64,000 nucleotides of DNA from Moniliella sp. 'wahieum' (GCA_003971905.1 RSEE01000012.1:310001-374000); one strand, 5' to 3'. Shown: positions 12,821-26,899, counted from the first letter of the stretch. The notes: generated by a model not told the origin, from the sequence alone. Program-made: numbers and translations.

Positions 12821-14094
<1,274 letters not shown>

Positions 14095-14580
14095 TTCGGA
14101 CGTGGACGCCCCAGCGTGGCGTCCTTGCTTGAATGCCGGCGGAGGAAGGTAGGGAGGATGGTGGGGCAGGGGGCAGCAGGAGCGGGTGTAGCAAGCTGCG
14201 AACGTCGTGGTGGCGGGGTAGCCGGTGACCAATGCGCCGTATGTCACGTTCAGTTGGCCCCTGGCGATAGGCTGCAGCGCTAGCCGCTTGCCTGCCTTGG
14301 CTGCCTCGCGGCCCGCCTCTGCGGATCCAGTTGCGTTAGGTAAGCACCCACTACCGATGCAAAATATACTTGCAAGCTTTCCCACTCTATGTGTGCCCGT
14401 TTAATTGACGTTAGAACCAGTAGGACCTCTGGTACCATCGCAATGCCAGAATGCCTCTGGTCAATTATAGTAGCCCAACAACAAACATGAAACAGGAGAG
14501 CGGAGAACAAAAGTAAGAGGGTTCTGCTACCGATGGTAAGGGCGATCAAACGGCAAATGGGAAGCAGGACGAAATCTGAT

Positions 14581-16333
14581 CTAAAATGTTGGTATCCTCT
14601 TCAATTCCCGCATCCATTTGCAATGGCTGATGGGCGGGAGCTCTGGGTCGAGGGGGCTGGAAAAGGTACGGCGGGCGGCGGGGGGAAGCGGGAGAACTGT
14701 GCCATATAGCGAGGACGCTCGTTCCGGCTCCTTACGAATCGAACCCAAGATTTCCCCCACCGTGGGTTCGGCTGAGTGATCATGAACGGGGTACAACACC
14801 CTCAGTAGTAGTCAGGCGCTGTCTAGACTGGCCAGACCGATACGAGCCTTGTCGCCATGCCCTAGCCCCGAAGAACCCCACTGGCACCACCGACGAGGAC
14901 GAGATACGAGAGTGAAGCCGTACGGAAGGTGGCCGGGTCACGGGGAAGTACGTGATGGAGGAAAAGAAGAACGAGAGCCAGCTGGGAATGCGGAAATGGC
15001 ACGTTCGGGTCTGGAGCCGCCCCGAGCATGAGAATTGCTGGGCCGGGGAGGGCGGGAGGGTGCCCCAAAGGCGCTGGGAGCAGCCATAGTTCGTTAGTAT
15101 CTCTCTCTCAATACCCCATCAAAACCAACGCGGTGGTGGTAGTGGAGAGAACGACGCACCTCAAGGCAGTACGGACCTCCCGCATAGGGCTTCCCGGCCG
15201 TTTCCGTACTGTAACATCGTCTTCGATATTGGCCCTTGGGAAGCGTGAGGGTGCGCCTGAGAGCAGGTTGGGGCCCATGGATTGAGAACGGAATAGCTGC
15301 CGGTTGGGCGCATTGGGGTCTGGATCGGGGCCAATATTATCTGTTCCGGAAGGTCCGGGTGCTCCCTGCCCTGCATTTCTCTGGTGCCTCTGGAACGCGC
15401 CGGGGGAAGATGGGATGTACCAAGCAAGGTAAAGAGCTGCTGGCGCAGCTCAGCATTTTCCTCCTGTACCCGAACCAAGTCCTTGGCTGTCCGGCGTGCT
15501 TGTCGTAGCTCGCCCACCATGCCTTGAAAGACTTGATGTTGCATCTGGGCTTGTTTGCGGTAGTAAGAGAGCAAGTGCTGTGTGTTCTTATGCTGGTGTG
15601 CTAGAAGCGTAAGTGGAAGAACATCGACGACAGAGAGAGACACTAACTTGAAACTGGACAAACAGATTTATCAGTCCGCATGTAATCAGAAACCACAACA
15701 AAGAGAGGGGGACACACAGCATATGCTTGCGTGATCCTATGCAGCTCGGATGGGATCCAAGTTGTCAGGACAAGTCCAAGTGTTGCAGTCTGCCCAGCAG
15801 AGTAAGTTTCTGTTCTGACACATAAGCGCACGACAAGAGTGAACACACGTCGTCAAAGACTTCGTACGAGGTGTCTGGCGCTTGGCATGCGGGGCAGGGC
15901 GGAGAACCTGGTGCGAGGGAGAGTGTAGGAGTCAGTCGAGCGTACCAAACGATACGATACGGCGCACGGCACACCTTGCTGGGATTGCTGCACCAGAGTG
16001 CGTGCGCATGGCCCACAGACAAGGTGGGAGCACTTCTTGTGCGCAGAGGCGCATACAGTGTTATTAGTGCCAGGCTCTTGACTGAATACTAAAGGTGGAA
16101 GTTGCCAGCATGTGGGTGTTTTGCTGCGTGAGAGAGGGGGGAAACTGGAAACGTACAGTAGTAATCCAAAACTCGACATGGGCTGCGTCCTGGCCTCCAG
16201 CCTCGTCTTGGGTGTCTTGCCCTGTGGGGGAGAGGGCAGCAGTGGGGACATACGTGCGGAAGCAAACCCAGCAGTGGAGTGAGTCGTAGAACGGCACCGT
16301 CTCGCCGCTGGCAAGCGTCGAGCCACTGGGCAT
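14581..16333 (-). CDS. Zip3/RNF212-like N-terminal RING plus coiled-coil protein (putative meiotic E3 ligase)
   Basis: SLHCWVCFR...FWITT [intron] CSHLVCGPC...CPACQA RING pattern, then a coiled coil HLLSYYRKQAQMQHQVFQGMVGELRQARR...QEENAELRQQL and a Pro/Ser-rich tail. Several introns. The 3' end is uncertain. Confidence 0.6.
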
Positions 16334-16770
16334 GCCACTGGGTCGATGGGTCTGTGATGGGCGCATCACGCAGGACCATACAGAGCCCGGATGGAAGGAA
16401 GATGAAGGTAATACTTTTAGGACACAACCGGGCGGTGGGGATAGCAAGCCTGCAAGCCAGTTGATATTGGCAGCTGTGGTGGTGCAAATCAAAGCCACTG
16501 GCCACGACACTGTTAGGCCCAGCATAATACGTCGGGCTCATGACCTGGATCCTTTGAAGCCTGAACGTTGGCTGCCATACTAATGCATAATAGCTCAATT
16601 TGAACCGAACCAACATCGGCAAGCTTCACTCGCTCTCCGTCTCTATTTGGGCGCTGGCTATTGTGTCGGCACAGCCAGTGATGGTGCACTGAGGAGCAGA
16701 GGCCGAAAGGGACCGCCTCGCACACTATATGCACAACACGGGCGATGCGTGACGAATCTAATGACGGTTT

Positions 16771-16844
16771 TCAAGCATTACCGATCACCGATCATTAATC
16801 ATTCGAATGTCGATCAACGTTCAACGTTCAACTGAACGTTCAAC
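16771..16844. repeat. 7-bp periodic TNA arrays in a divergent intergenic region
   Basis: TNA at 16771, 16778, 16785, 16792 and 16799; at 16814, 16821 and 16828; and at 16833 and 16840. Confidence 0.85.
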
Positions 16845-17815
16845 AGGCTGAGCATTTGCTTCTGCCGCTGTGCTGGTGTCGTTCCAGAGCCCAGAGCCCA
16901 GGCCCGCGGAGCCGCACCAGGCCGCACCAGCCTGCACAGGATGTGGTTTGGGAGCAGGTGGGTGGTGGCAGGCGGTGGACCCGGCCCGACGACGGAGACG
17001 ACGTGGCGGCAGGATTTGCCATGTTTGCCTCTTGGCGGGACTGCACCTGGCTGACTGCGCACGATGCCTGGTGCATGATGCATGATGTCATGCCTGTGCA
17101 ACGTGCATGTGACCAGGGACTAGGGAGGCTAGGATGCAATGATGCATGGTGCCTGATGCATGATGCATGATGTGCATGATGATGCCAGGATGTGCAGAGG
17201 ATCGGCTGGACGGGCTGGGCAGTGCAGGACGCTGCGGGCGAGGCCCTGCAGGACGCTGCCCCTTGCCCCTGCTTGCTGCCTGCTACCCCGTGCTGCCCCG
17301 GCCATTCTTGCTACGCACTACCCCTGTGCCCAGACCGGTGACCCCCGCCGCTCGATCTGCGGTCTTACTACATGCCCTAGTATGCACTGGCGCAGTGCTC
17401 AGCCGCTCAAGCTTCAGCTGAAGCGCTCGCTCGCTCATTGAATCCATCACCCATCAGACATCGGTCACAATGCGCAGCACAGGAATCCGACACGTTGAAC
17501 ACCCCCAGCTTTGGCCGCCTTGGGCCTGCTTTGGCGCCCCTCTCCTAAGGCCAAGGGTCGCAGGAGCACTAGCCAAGCTAGTCACTAGTCAACCCAACCG
17601 TGTTAGTGACTGCCCTCATGCTGGACGCTTGGCCGCCCGTGGCCGGCGACCGGTGACCGCGCCCGCGGCCTGCTCTTTTCCCCCGGGAGCTTCAGTTCTT
17701 CAGCCCCAACGCCTTCGTAATTGCTCCCCACCGGCCCTAGTCCATCGTCCCCGTTTCGCGTCCACCATCCATCGCAGCACCACACCCTTTCTTGCGCCCC
17801 CGCACTCAAGCAAGT

Positions 17816-18718
17816 ATGGCCGACTCTGAGCCCCCTCATTATCACATCAACCAGCCCGCTGCCGAGCAGTCGCTGCCTCCAGCCTATCCCACTCCGCGCA
17901 CAGCGGGCGCCCTACCGCCTTCGACTCTGCGCAGTCAGTATGTCCACAGAGGGCGAGTACGACGAGCCCACCGATGAGACGGCTGCTGTCAATGCCCACC
18001 TGGAGAACTGGGCCGAGGCTGAGCACAAGCGCCGCAAATCCGTCCGCCAAGCCCGCCGCGCCGAGGCAATCGAGGAGGTTACCCATTTCGGACCCATGCG
18101 CCATATGTCCACTCGCCGTCGTGCTCAGGAATCCCAGGATGCTGAGCAACCAGCAGGTGATGATGCGACCACTACAACACCCACGATGGCCAAGCGGCTT
18201 CTCTTGCCCCGGCTCAAGATGTTGTTCCCCGTATACATCCCGGAGGGAGCGGTAGACCCGCCGCTTCGTCCTTAGCCCCTTCACAATTGAGTGGCCGCAC
18301 GGAGATTCTGTCGCCTCCTCCGAGCTCCACCGCTGGGAGTGTGCGAATGGGCGGTCACCGCGAGGTTGATATGATGCGGAAGGCACAACGCACCCGTCCT
18401 GGGTCCAATCTTGGGCCCAATGGCGGTGTTCCGGCCTCGACTGAGGACAATAAGCCCCGCCCAACGGGCAAACGCCCGATTGTCACTGCTGGCCCTGCGC
18501 CGGTACGGGCCATGTGGGCTAAAGAGGCAGCTATGGCACCTTCGAACGACTCGGAGCTCACCCCACTCGAGGAGGCGCACAAGGAAGAAATCAAGGAGGA
18601 GATTGCTAAGGAAGACAAACGCAAGAAGCGCGGCTTCTGGATCACCGACCTACTTTGCTGCAACTTCGGATCTGTCCCGGACGATGAGCAGGCAGCCAAG
18701 ACCAACCCGAACGAGTAG
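17816..18718 (+). CDS. Hypothetical protein with C-terminal W-x-x-D-L-L-C-C motif
   Basis: Consecutive GC3-rich ORF segments: MADSEPPHYH, then AHLENWAEAEHKRRKSVR, ending KKRGFWITDLLCCNFGSVPDDEQAAKTNPNE*. Frames joined by indels. Confidence 0.7.
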
Positions 18719-20409
18719 GGAGAGAGGAGCGGTTAACCTCACATGACGGACAGGGAGACATCCATGATACTCTTCCCCTTCGCTCTCATTACTGCAGACC
18801 TCTATGCGTCTTCTTTCTTCGGGTTCGCCATATCTCTGTTTTCAAGCTTGAGCTCTTTCACATCCTTCTCCTATCTTTTCACGCTTCCTCTGCTCCCCTC
18901 GCGCTCGGTCTTTAGTGGTACTACCCTTGTTCTGTCTTGGTCTCTCTTCCCAAGAACACTTTTTTTTCCCATTGGCACTTGCCAATGTCCACGTTCTCTG
19001 TGTGCCATGTCGAGTCTGTTCCGCCTCGTGTCTCCTGTTCTCTTTCATCTCCTTTGTACCTTTCGTTGTTTGCGTCATTCCAGCCACCACGGCACATGTA
19101 ACACCACAGACACCCTTAGCTCCTTCGGCACGTGGTCAAGTAGCGATGGGAATAGGAAGTGACTGAATCGACGCTCCAACGTGCTGAAAGTCATAGTACA
19201 GAGCGCCTACTAGTGTCTAACATGAGCTATGATGTACAGGGCAGGGCACGGGAGGATGAATGAATTGCATGACATGTGCACCAAGGTATTGCGCCCTCGC
19301 TCATCGACGCCAAGCTCAAAGGCTGGACAAGCTCGCGGACCGCACCCAAACCACCGGCGCTCGTCTCAAGACTCTTAGGTCTCTGGCCAGCATGACGACC
19401 AGCAACAGTCATGGATGAGCGCAGACGCCCGAAGGCGAAAGGCCGATCTGATGAAGCGGTGCTTTTTGGAAGGCCAGGTTCCGCGTCCTTTGGACGCTAA
19501 GCGTTAAGGGAAACAAAATCAGCCACGCCATCGAGGCCTTTTTATACCTGGGCGCTGAGGCTCAGCCAGCGATCACGGAGAATTTTGATTCCGCCCGTTC
19601 CTTTTTCAAGTGGAGGACTTGGTTCCGCCCGCGGCCAGATTTGATTATGGATCGCTTGCACCGATTCCGCCTGGTGGTTCCGGACGGGGGTTGCCGTGTG
19701 GTTAAACGTTAAACGTTAACCTGGGTCGCCGGGTGGTGTCTGGTGGTGTCGGGGAGGCAGATGACCTGTGTGCATGTGACCGGTGACGGTGTCAGAGGCC
19801 AGGTAATTTTATCGGCATCCGAAAGCGACGGAGCAGGCCGCAGCACTGGCGCAGCGTAACCCAGTGTATCACATGCACACAAGTGGCGCCCACCCGACGC
19901 CGAGGCGCACCCAGCCACCCCCTTTCTCGCTCGTATGCCCCCCTTGCGCCCCCCGAGCTAGTTGGTCCGCGAACCTTGAAGCTTGATGTGGCCGAGCGAG
20001 CGACTCCATTGCAAGTTTCAGAACACTCCCCCATCCTGTTTCCTACGCGATGCATGATGCACAGCACAAAGCACAGCACAGCACAGCACAGCACATTCGC
20101 CGCCGCCGCCCCGATCCGCCACCACCACCTTCTCTCCTCCTTCGTGGCCATGCCCGATGACGCCCTCGTCCCTGAGCATGCGCCGCACCCGCCTGACGCT
20201 GGCCCTGCCAGCCTTGGAGTGGCCACCTCCGCCTCCCCTCCTCCCTGGCCGGTGCGTCGGACAGGGCCATCACCCCCACCCCCCCTGCCACCCTGCTGTA
20301 CCCATCGCTTGAGTCTCTCTTTACGCTTCCTTTTGCCCTCCATCTATATCCTCCTCCCACGCTCTCCTATCGAGTAGACCGCCGTCCGCGCCGTGCTACT
20401 GCCCCCCGC

Positions 20410-23400
20410 ATGCCCTCGTCGGCCAGCGCCGCCGTTCAACCCCACCGCCGTTTACAATCATTCCGCCCCAAGGCCCGCCCCTCGCGCTCGCACGAGAACC
20501 AGGACCAGTATGGCAGCGTCTTCTCCTCTGGCTCTGAAGACGACGCAGCGGAAGACGACTCGTACCCAGCAACCCGCCCTCATCCTCGCGCCCCCTCTCA
20601 CTCGGCGCACCTCGGCCTCCGCTCGAGCGTCTCGTCCCCGTCTGGGCCGAACACCCACCCCATGGTGCCGATACAATCAGCCTCTTGCTTCAGCATACAG
20701 ACGCCTACTCGGCTATCTATGCATTGGCGCGAGCTATTCGCCTCTTAGACAGGGCATCGCGGTCTCATGGCGCATCGGCCACTGCTCCTCTCGATGCGAT
20801 GGACCCGGCTGATGGACCGTACCCCCATGACGCGTCTTTGCCACGCTACGAGCCTTTTTTGACTCGCGCTTTGCCCCTGATGGAACCCTCGTTGCCCTCT
20901 TTACCCGGGTGCCCAAGCTGCTGGTACAGAAGCCGGGAGCGGAGCTAGCGCCCTGGGATATGTCCCACGTCGACGCCGCCGTCCCACTGACATCGCAAAT
21001 GGGTCTTGGCACGCCTCCGTCCAGTTCTCAAGCCAATTGTGTCTATGTGACCGGGACAAATGGAGCGGGAGGCAGCAAGTTAATCAAGTTTCCCATCCGT
21101 CTCGACCTGCACAACGTAGGGTTGGCCCCCACTCCGACTGCGACACGTGCTGCTCGCCAACGCTCAGCCCTCGACGTTCGCTCGCCCCCGGGGCGGGTAG
21201 ATCGCGAAATGTATCGGGCGTGCGGCCGAATCCTCCCGCTGTTATGTCGGATGCAATCCCAGAGCATGCTGTATTGTCGCCGTCGCAGCTGGATCTGCGA
21301 TCCAATCAAGCGTCTTTGCCGCCCTTGGTCACCTCCGTTGCTCCCGTCACTGATTCTACCATCCTCACCTCGCCCACCGATATGAATGGGGCCTCCAATT
21401 CACTTCCCTGGGCCATGGATCCTTTGCAAGAAACTGGATTTCCTTATGGATCTAGGCCCCGTTCTAGTTCCCGAGAGGACGAGAACCACACCAGGCCAGT
21501 CCGCCGCCAATCGTCCTTTACAACTGTTATCAGTGGTGGCAGTGCTGGTCTTCCGCCCTCGGTCACGAGCCAACCCCCACCATCACCCCTTCTTACTGGC
21601 CCGCCTGCCGGGGCCAGCACCAAAGAGAAGGATCGTCGTCCCTCCTTCCTCCAGCGAGTGTTAGATATTGGATTTCGGAACAAGACGCGCAGTTCCAGCT
21701 TTGTAGCAGGCCACCCTCCTCCGCAAGAGCGACTCGGTGGTCGCCAGGGGTCCATTCCGGCATACGCTCCTGATGGTCACACCGGTGTCCGCCCCGAGTT
21801 TAGCATGGGCATCCCAGGGGAGAAGCCGAGTGCATCGAACGACTTTTCTATGTCGACGCATGAGCTGGGGCATCCCGATGCTTGGTCCGATGGGATGGCC
21901 GAGTCGGATGAGGTAGGGGCAAGTGTATTTTCCGATGCAACCGTTGGGGACGATGCACCTTTGCGGAGGGTGACAACCTTCTTTCTCTCCTTCGTCAGGC
22001 TGCCACCGCTGCCCATACCCTTTTGTCGCCCGCGACTCCTGGAATGTCGCCTGCATGCTCCCCACAGGACATACCAGAGGAAGAGGGTGGAACTGATGTG
22101 GCTCGGGAGTTGCTGGTCAAGTTGGCCGACGACAGGTGGCTTGAAGGTCCCCTGGACCCTAATCCGGTAATTGTGGCCGGAGCGTTGGGCTTGGCGCTAG
22201 GGTGGGAGGGGGTCATGGACCTTTGCTATGGCCCTGGCAGCCGAGCCGACTTTGTAGGTGACTTTGTTGCCCTGGGTCGGGCGGCAGCTATCCATCGAGC
22301 TGTGGAGGAAGACCAAGCGAAAATCGTTTCTTGGGCCAGCACGCTACCTCCGCCTCCTCGGCCCGAAGAGACGTATGCGCCTGCTCCGGATATTTTGCCC
22401 GACCCTATCCCCCTGGAGGATACCAAATGGGACACTATGTCTATTGACGACTGTACCGTGACCTTGACAGGCTCGATCCGGAAACGCGCATGTCATCTCG
22501 GAAGGGGAGTACTGGTTCGCACATGACGACGGGGGGCGATGACGAAGGTCCTCGAAGCTGGCTCAAAAAGATTCGGGAGAGGGTACACACACATGATGCA
22601 GGCGGAGACGAGACATCCAGTACCGCACCCCATCATGCTGGGACAGATGGTCATTCTGGACTGACGCGGGCCCTATTGGCTGCCCATGATGCTGCTCATG
22701 CTCAAGCCGAAGCAGTGGTCCAGGTACCGAACAGCCGACACGAACCTGGCAAGATTGGATGGGTCTCTTCCGATCTTTGGCTGGCTGGGTGTCGGAATAT
22801 GAACAGGTCCGGGTCCAAGCTGGCTTGGCGGTCGAGCTTCTTCCCAGCAAGGAGGACGTAACCCGAGCTCCGAGGCGCCGCTTTTGAACACACTCTCTGT
22901 CCCTACCTCGGTCGGGGGGGGGCGAGTCGCCTTGTATCCCTGTTCCCCCTGTTGTAGCCCCGGCCGAGTTGGAAACAAACTGCTACCTTCCCCTGAGCGT
23001 CCTTCAGGATCTCAATGATTCATCCAATGCCTTCCGGCGGCGGCCCGGGATGCCTGATGCTTCCATTTGGGGCCGGGGCCAGCTGACTGCCAAGCACATA
23101 TCCACTCCACTCAGTAAGCCACATCCTCCCAATTTTTTTTGACTCGTACCGCGAAATACTGACGCGGATGCTCGCAGGCCTGCTCACCCACAGTCTTGAG
23201 CACCAAACTATGCAACTCACCAGCAGCACGTGGACTGCCCGCTCGGGATGGGAGCTGGAATACCTGGACATGTTTGTCTTCCACAGCCCGGTTGTTGCCC
23301 ATCGTTTTCCCGCCCGCCCGCTGCTGCGGTTCAGGCCGGGCAGGCATTCTGCCCTCCCGATGCTGCCGCCGCCCCCGTCCGACCTCACACCCGTCCCTCC

Positions 23401-23879
23401 AAAGCCATGCAGAGCACGGATCATCTTACTGCGCCCAACCACCTTGCTGCCCCTCATTCTGGGGATCCGCCATCCCACATGGCGGATGGGGGCAGTGAGT
23501 CCGGGATTGCCGAGGCTCTCTCTTCCCTGGGCGGATCGGGGACACAGGATCCCCCGCTCCGACAAGTGGACTGGGGGGGGCTGGGGAGCAAGCTCGTCTG
23601 GATTCCCAGGCGGACTCGGCCACCGTGGTCAGCGCCCGTGCTAACCTATGTCCCATGCCAACGTCCGATGGCGCCTGGACCTCCCGTTCCTGGCGGGTCT
23701 GGCTGGCTGGAGTGCATGAGGGCCAGATCTTGGTGCCTGCGGTAGCTTGGCAAGCATGGTGGACCCTGATTGCCATTCTGAACGGAGCGGACCGATCCGG
23801 TCGTTCGTACGATTTGCAGGTCAAGTCGTTCGAGGAACCGTTTGCGGCCTTAACCGACCCCAAAAGTGTTTACATCTAG
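20410..23879 (+). CDS. Large hypothetical protein (Ser/Pro-rich with ordered segments)
   Basis: Chain of overlapping plus-strand ORFs. Ordered-looking segments are LEGPLDPNPVIVAGALGLALGWEGVMDLCYG, WELEYLDMFVFHSP and the terminal HEGQILVPAVAWQAWWTLIAILNGADRSGRSYDLQVKS. A CT-rich tract lies upstream of the ATG. Confidence 0.7.
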
Positions 23880-24829
23880 CATCCTACCCCCTCCCCCACA
23901 TTGTATCCTACCTCACCTTTCTCACTTGTCACTTCCTTTGCTCTCGGGTGTACGAACAGTGTCCATTGGTCACATCCTGCTGCGCACTCTGCGGTACATG
24001 TTGTTGGAACCAGCAGTTGCTAGCCGGGAACCGGTAAACTTCCCCTGCCGTTAATCATTGATGCAACCCCCCCCCTCACATACACGCCTTCCTCAGTATT
24101 CTTCTGCTACACTGATTTGGCAGGTCATCCATTGGACGTTCTGATTCCCCATCCACCCGCATCTGTGGGTTCCATGCATCGTGCCGTTTCCACTCATGTC
24201 CTCTGACGGTTTGTAGTCCCTACCAGTGCTCCCACCCGGTAAAATACCACATGCGCCGTGAACGTAACCAAGAAAACACCCTTTTATGCCCAGTCCCAAT
24301 TGACATGGATAACAGCATGAGTTGCTTATACAGCCTCTCCCCTTTTGTTGGGCGTCTTTGCATCCTATTGGTATTGCCCTGGAACGCCAATTTGACTCCA
24401 ATCCTCAATCCACTGTGGAGCTTATGCTGCGCCATTCTTCAATTCGGTCAGGGATCAACGGATCAAGGATGCTTTGACTCTCGCCAGTTCCCAGCCTCAG
24501 ATGCAACCTTGCGGATGGTTTCTCGTTATGTACGCGTCGGAGCCTCATCCAGTTGAGTTTAACTGAGTAGTGGCAGGGAGTATGTCCCAAATCAAGTGCG
24601 TTTGTGTGTTGCCTGGCTTCCGTCGCCTCCTCCCATCTCTCGGGCGTGGGGCATCGAGAGTTGTTGGAAGCGGGGAAGGGCAGGGGAACGCGTACGCTTG
24701 CTCGGTGGTGTGGCCAGCATGCCTGATGCATCATGCCTCAAGGTAAAAAAGGGGGGACCACTGGAATGAATGCTTCACTTCAATCTTCTAGGCTGCCAAC
24801 CCGGCGCTCAAGCTACCTCCAAAACCTAC

Positions 24830-26146
24830 CTAAGCACGCTGCAGATTGACAGAGTACAAGAGATGCCATAGCCCCCAAAGCGTAGCCCTAGGTGCCGGGG
24901 TATTTGTTGTCTCCTCCATACTCTCGTCAAACACATCTCCAACGTACTCGTCCCCATCTTGCTCCTCGCCCGTGTTAGGTGTGCCAAAGAGATCGTTGTC
25001 TCCCGTGTCCGCACCAGCTTCCGCACTCGCTTCCACACCGGCATCTTCCCCCGCACCCTCAGCCGCGCCCGCGCCCGCTCCCGCGTCGTCATCGGCATTC
25101 ACACCCTCATCTTCAACCCCTTCATCGCCTTGAACATCGGCATCTCCCTCCCCCCCCTCGGCAGCACCCACCTCCTCGTCCGCACCATACGTGACCCGCA
25201 TCTTCCAATCATACCTCTCACCCCATTGGTCTGGAGCCCGCTCGAGATGAGCCCACATACGTTGAGCAGTGCGGGCCACCGTATCGTGCTTTTCTGTTTC
25301 CCTCTTGACCAGAGAAAGTAGTCGCGCCTCAGTCCCGATCCCATAGGCAGCGTCCAGTGCGGCCAGCGTAGCCGGCCCCCTCGACGCCGTTTTGTCCGCT
25401 GCTGCACTCATGCTGCCCCCGCGACGCCCAGCTGAAGCCTCAGCAATGCGGTACAGTTCCCCGTCCGCGGCTTGGTCCCGAGCGAGCTCTTGCGCAGGCT
25501 CAAAACGCGTTCGCAACGCCCCGTGCAAGGTCAGCGTCTTCTCATCGTCCGGAATCGGCTGGACAGGGTGCACGCTTAACGCGGGCAAGGCATTGCTGGG
25601 GTCAGAGGCGTGCACCTTGGGGAGTGCATTGAGGGCAGGAACTTTGTGGATGCCCGTTTCCTGGCCATCAACAGCGATTTGCCCCGATTGGTACGTATCC
25701 GTGCCCACCAAGCTACCCAGAGGGAGGTCTTCATATAGGTTTTCATCTTTTGCCTCATTGGCCAATTCGTTAGCCAATGCTGTCTGCTGGCTGGCCACAA
25801 ACGAAGGAGAGGCCGAGGTGAGAGCAGCAGAGATGTGTGCAATTGGGCCAACAACGAGGCGTAGCGCGTGCTGAGCGTAGGCCTGCGTAGAGATAGGCCC
25901 CAGAAAAAGACAGATAGAATGAGCATGCAATCGAAAGCGCCGTGGCAAGGGTACGCACCAGTCTTCCAATGTCGGGTGACCAAAGAAGAGGCCCTGCAGC
26001 TCTTGAATCCCGCGCAACAGTCCCGCCAAACGGCGAGCAAGCGTCTGCAGCTGAGCCAGAGGAAGATGGTGGCGTGATTCGAGGGCCCCATCGCGCCTCT
26101 CCGCTGCTCCGGCCACTGCAGACGATGGTCGTGGCCTGCTCGCCAT
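24830..26146 (-). CDS. MED8: Probable Mediator subunit 8
   Basis: HLPLAQLQTLARRLAGLLRGIQELQ...LEDW followed by a gtgcgt intron, and LSVHPVQPIPDDEKTLTLHGALRTRFEP resembling the Med8 VxP..FP...LLRKKLEP motif. Acidic C-terminal tail. Confidence 0.55.
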   Translation of the reverse strand: MASRPRPSSAVAGAAERRDGALESRHHLPLAQLQTLARRLAGLLRGIQELQGLFFGHPTLEDWCVPLPRRFRLHAHSICLFLGPISTQAYAQHALRLVVGPIAHISAALTSASPSFVASQQTALANELANEAKDENLYEDLPLGSLVGTDTYQSGQIAVDGQETGIHKVPALNALPKVHASDPSNALPALSVHPVQPIPDDEKTLTLHGALRTRFEPAQELARDQAADGELYRIAEASAGRRGGSMSAAADKTASRGPATLAALDAAYGIGTEARLLSLVKRETEKHDTVARTAQRMWAHLERAPDQWGERYDWKMRVTYGADEEVGAAEGGEGDADVQGDEGVEDEGVNADDDAGAGAGAAEGAGEDAGVEASAEAGADTGDNDLFGTPNTGEEQDGDEYVGDVFDESMEETTNTPAPRATLWGLWHLLYSVNLQRA

Positions 26147-26539
26147 AGTGATTCCGAACCAAGTGGTGGTTGCGATGGTAAACGCAGCACTAAACGAGGG
26201 TCTGGCTGGCGGTGATCATCGACGTTGGCATTGGCGTTGCCGCACGCACATTGAAATCATCTGCCTGGACAAACTAAAGGGCCGAATCACGTTTCAAATG
26301 TTCAGTTGCATTGCGCACTTGAGTGTCTGGCTGTGTGTTATGCGGCTCACTCGGCAGGTTGATTACTGTTCCACTAGATGGGCTAGGTATAGACACCAAT
26401 GAGGGATGCGATCTTGCGCCTCGAGCGTCGCCTTCTTCAGTGCTAGAGGAATGGAAGGGGGGTATATAGGATTATATGAGTTCTAGCGGTCGCCATGGTG
26501 GGAAATTTGGAGAGAAGAAACAACGATCCCGTAACAAAT

Positions 26540-26899
26540 TCACTTTTGCTCTGTTTCTTCTCTTTTGCAGCCTTGTCAGCTGCAACGACCTGGTCTGCAA
26601 CCTTCTTCATAATCGTGAGGGCCCCCATCTCGTGCTCGCCCAGCTAAATCATACTCGACTTTTCCCATGATGGACGCAGTTTGCTTTTGCTTCGCCTTGG
26701 CCTCTGTGATCGCGTCTTTTTCCTTGGGCGCAATGAACTATAGCTATTAGAAGGCACTTCATAGTCAGAGAAAAAGGCAAGTATGATGGCGGGGCAGGGG
26801 GGCATATCTCCGCGTTTGGGACCTATTGACGAGGTGCTCCTAGTAGCCTTGTTTCTTGCTTTGGTGTGCTTTCTTGGGTGGCTTGAAGCCCTGCGCCAT
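26540..26899 (-). CDS. UPF0390/DUF2462 small basic protein (C19orf53-like)
   Basis: MAQGFKPPKKA...GPKRG, probable intron, then FIAPKEKDAITEAKAKQKQTASIMGKVEYDLAGRA...LTIMKK. The MAQG start and IAPK motif match DUF2462. End approximate. Confidence 0.6.

Noticed and set aside
16827..16841. Heat-shock element (GAAnnTTC)
   Set aside because: Only two correctly spaced nGAAn units; the third TTC is out of register.
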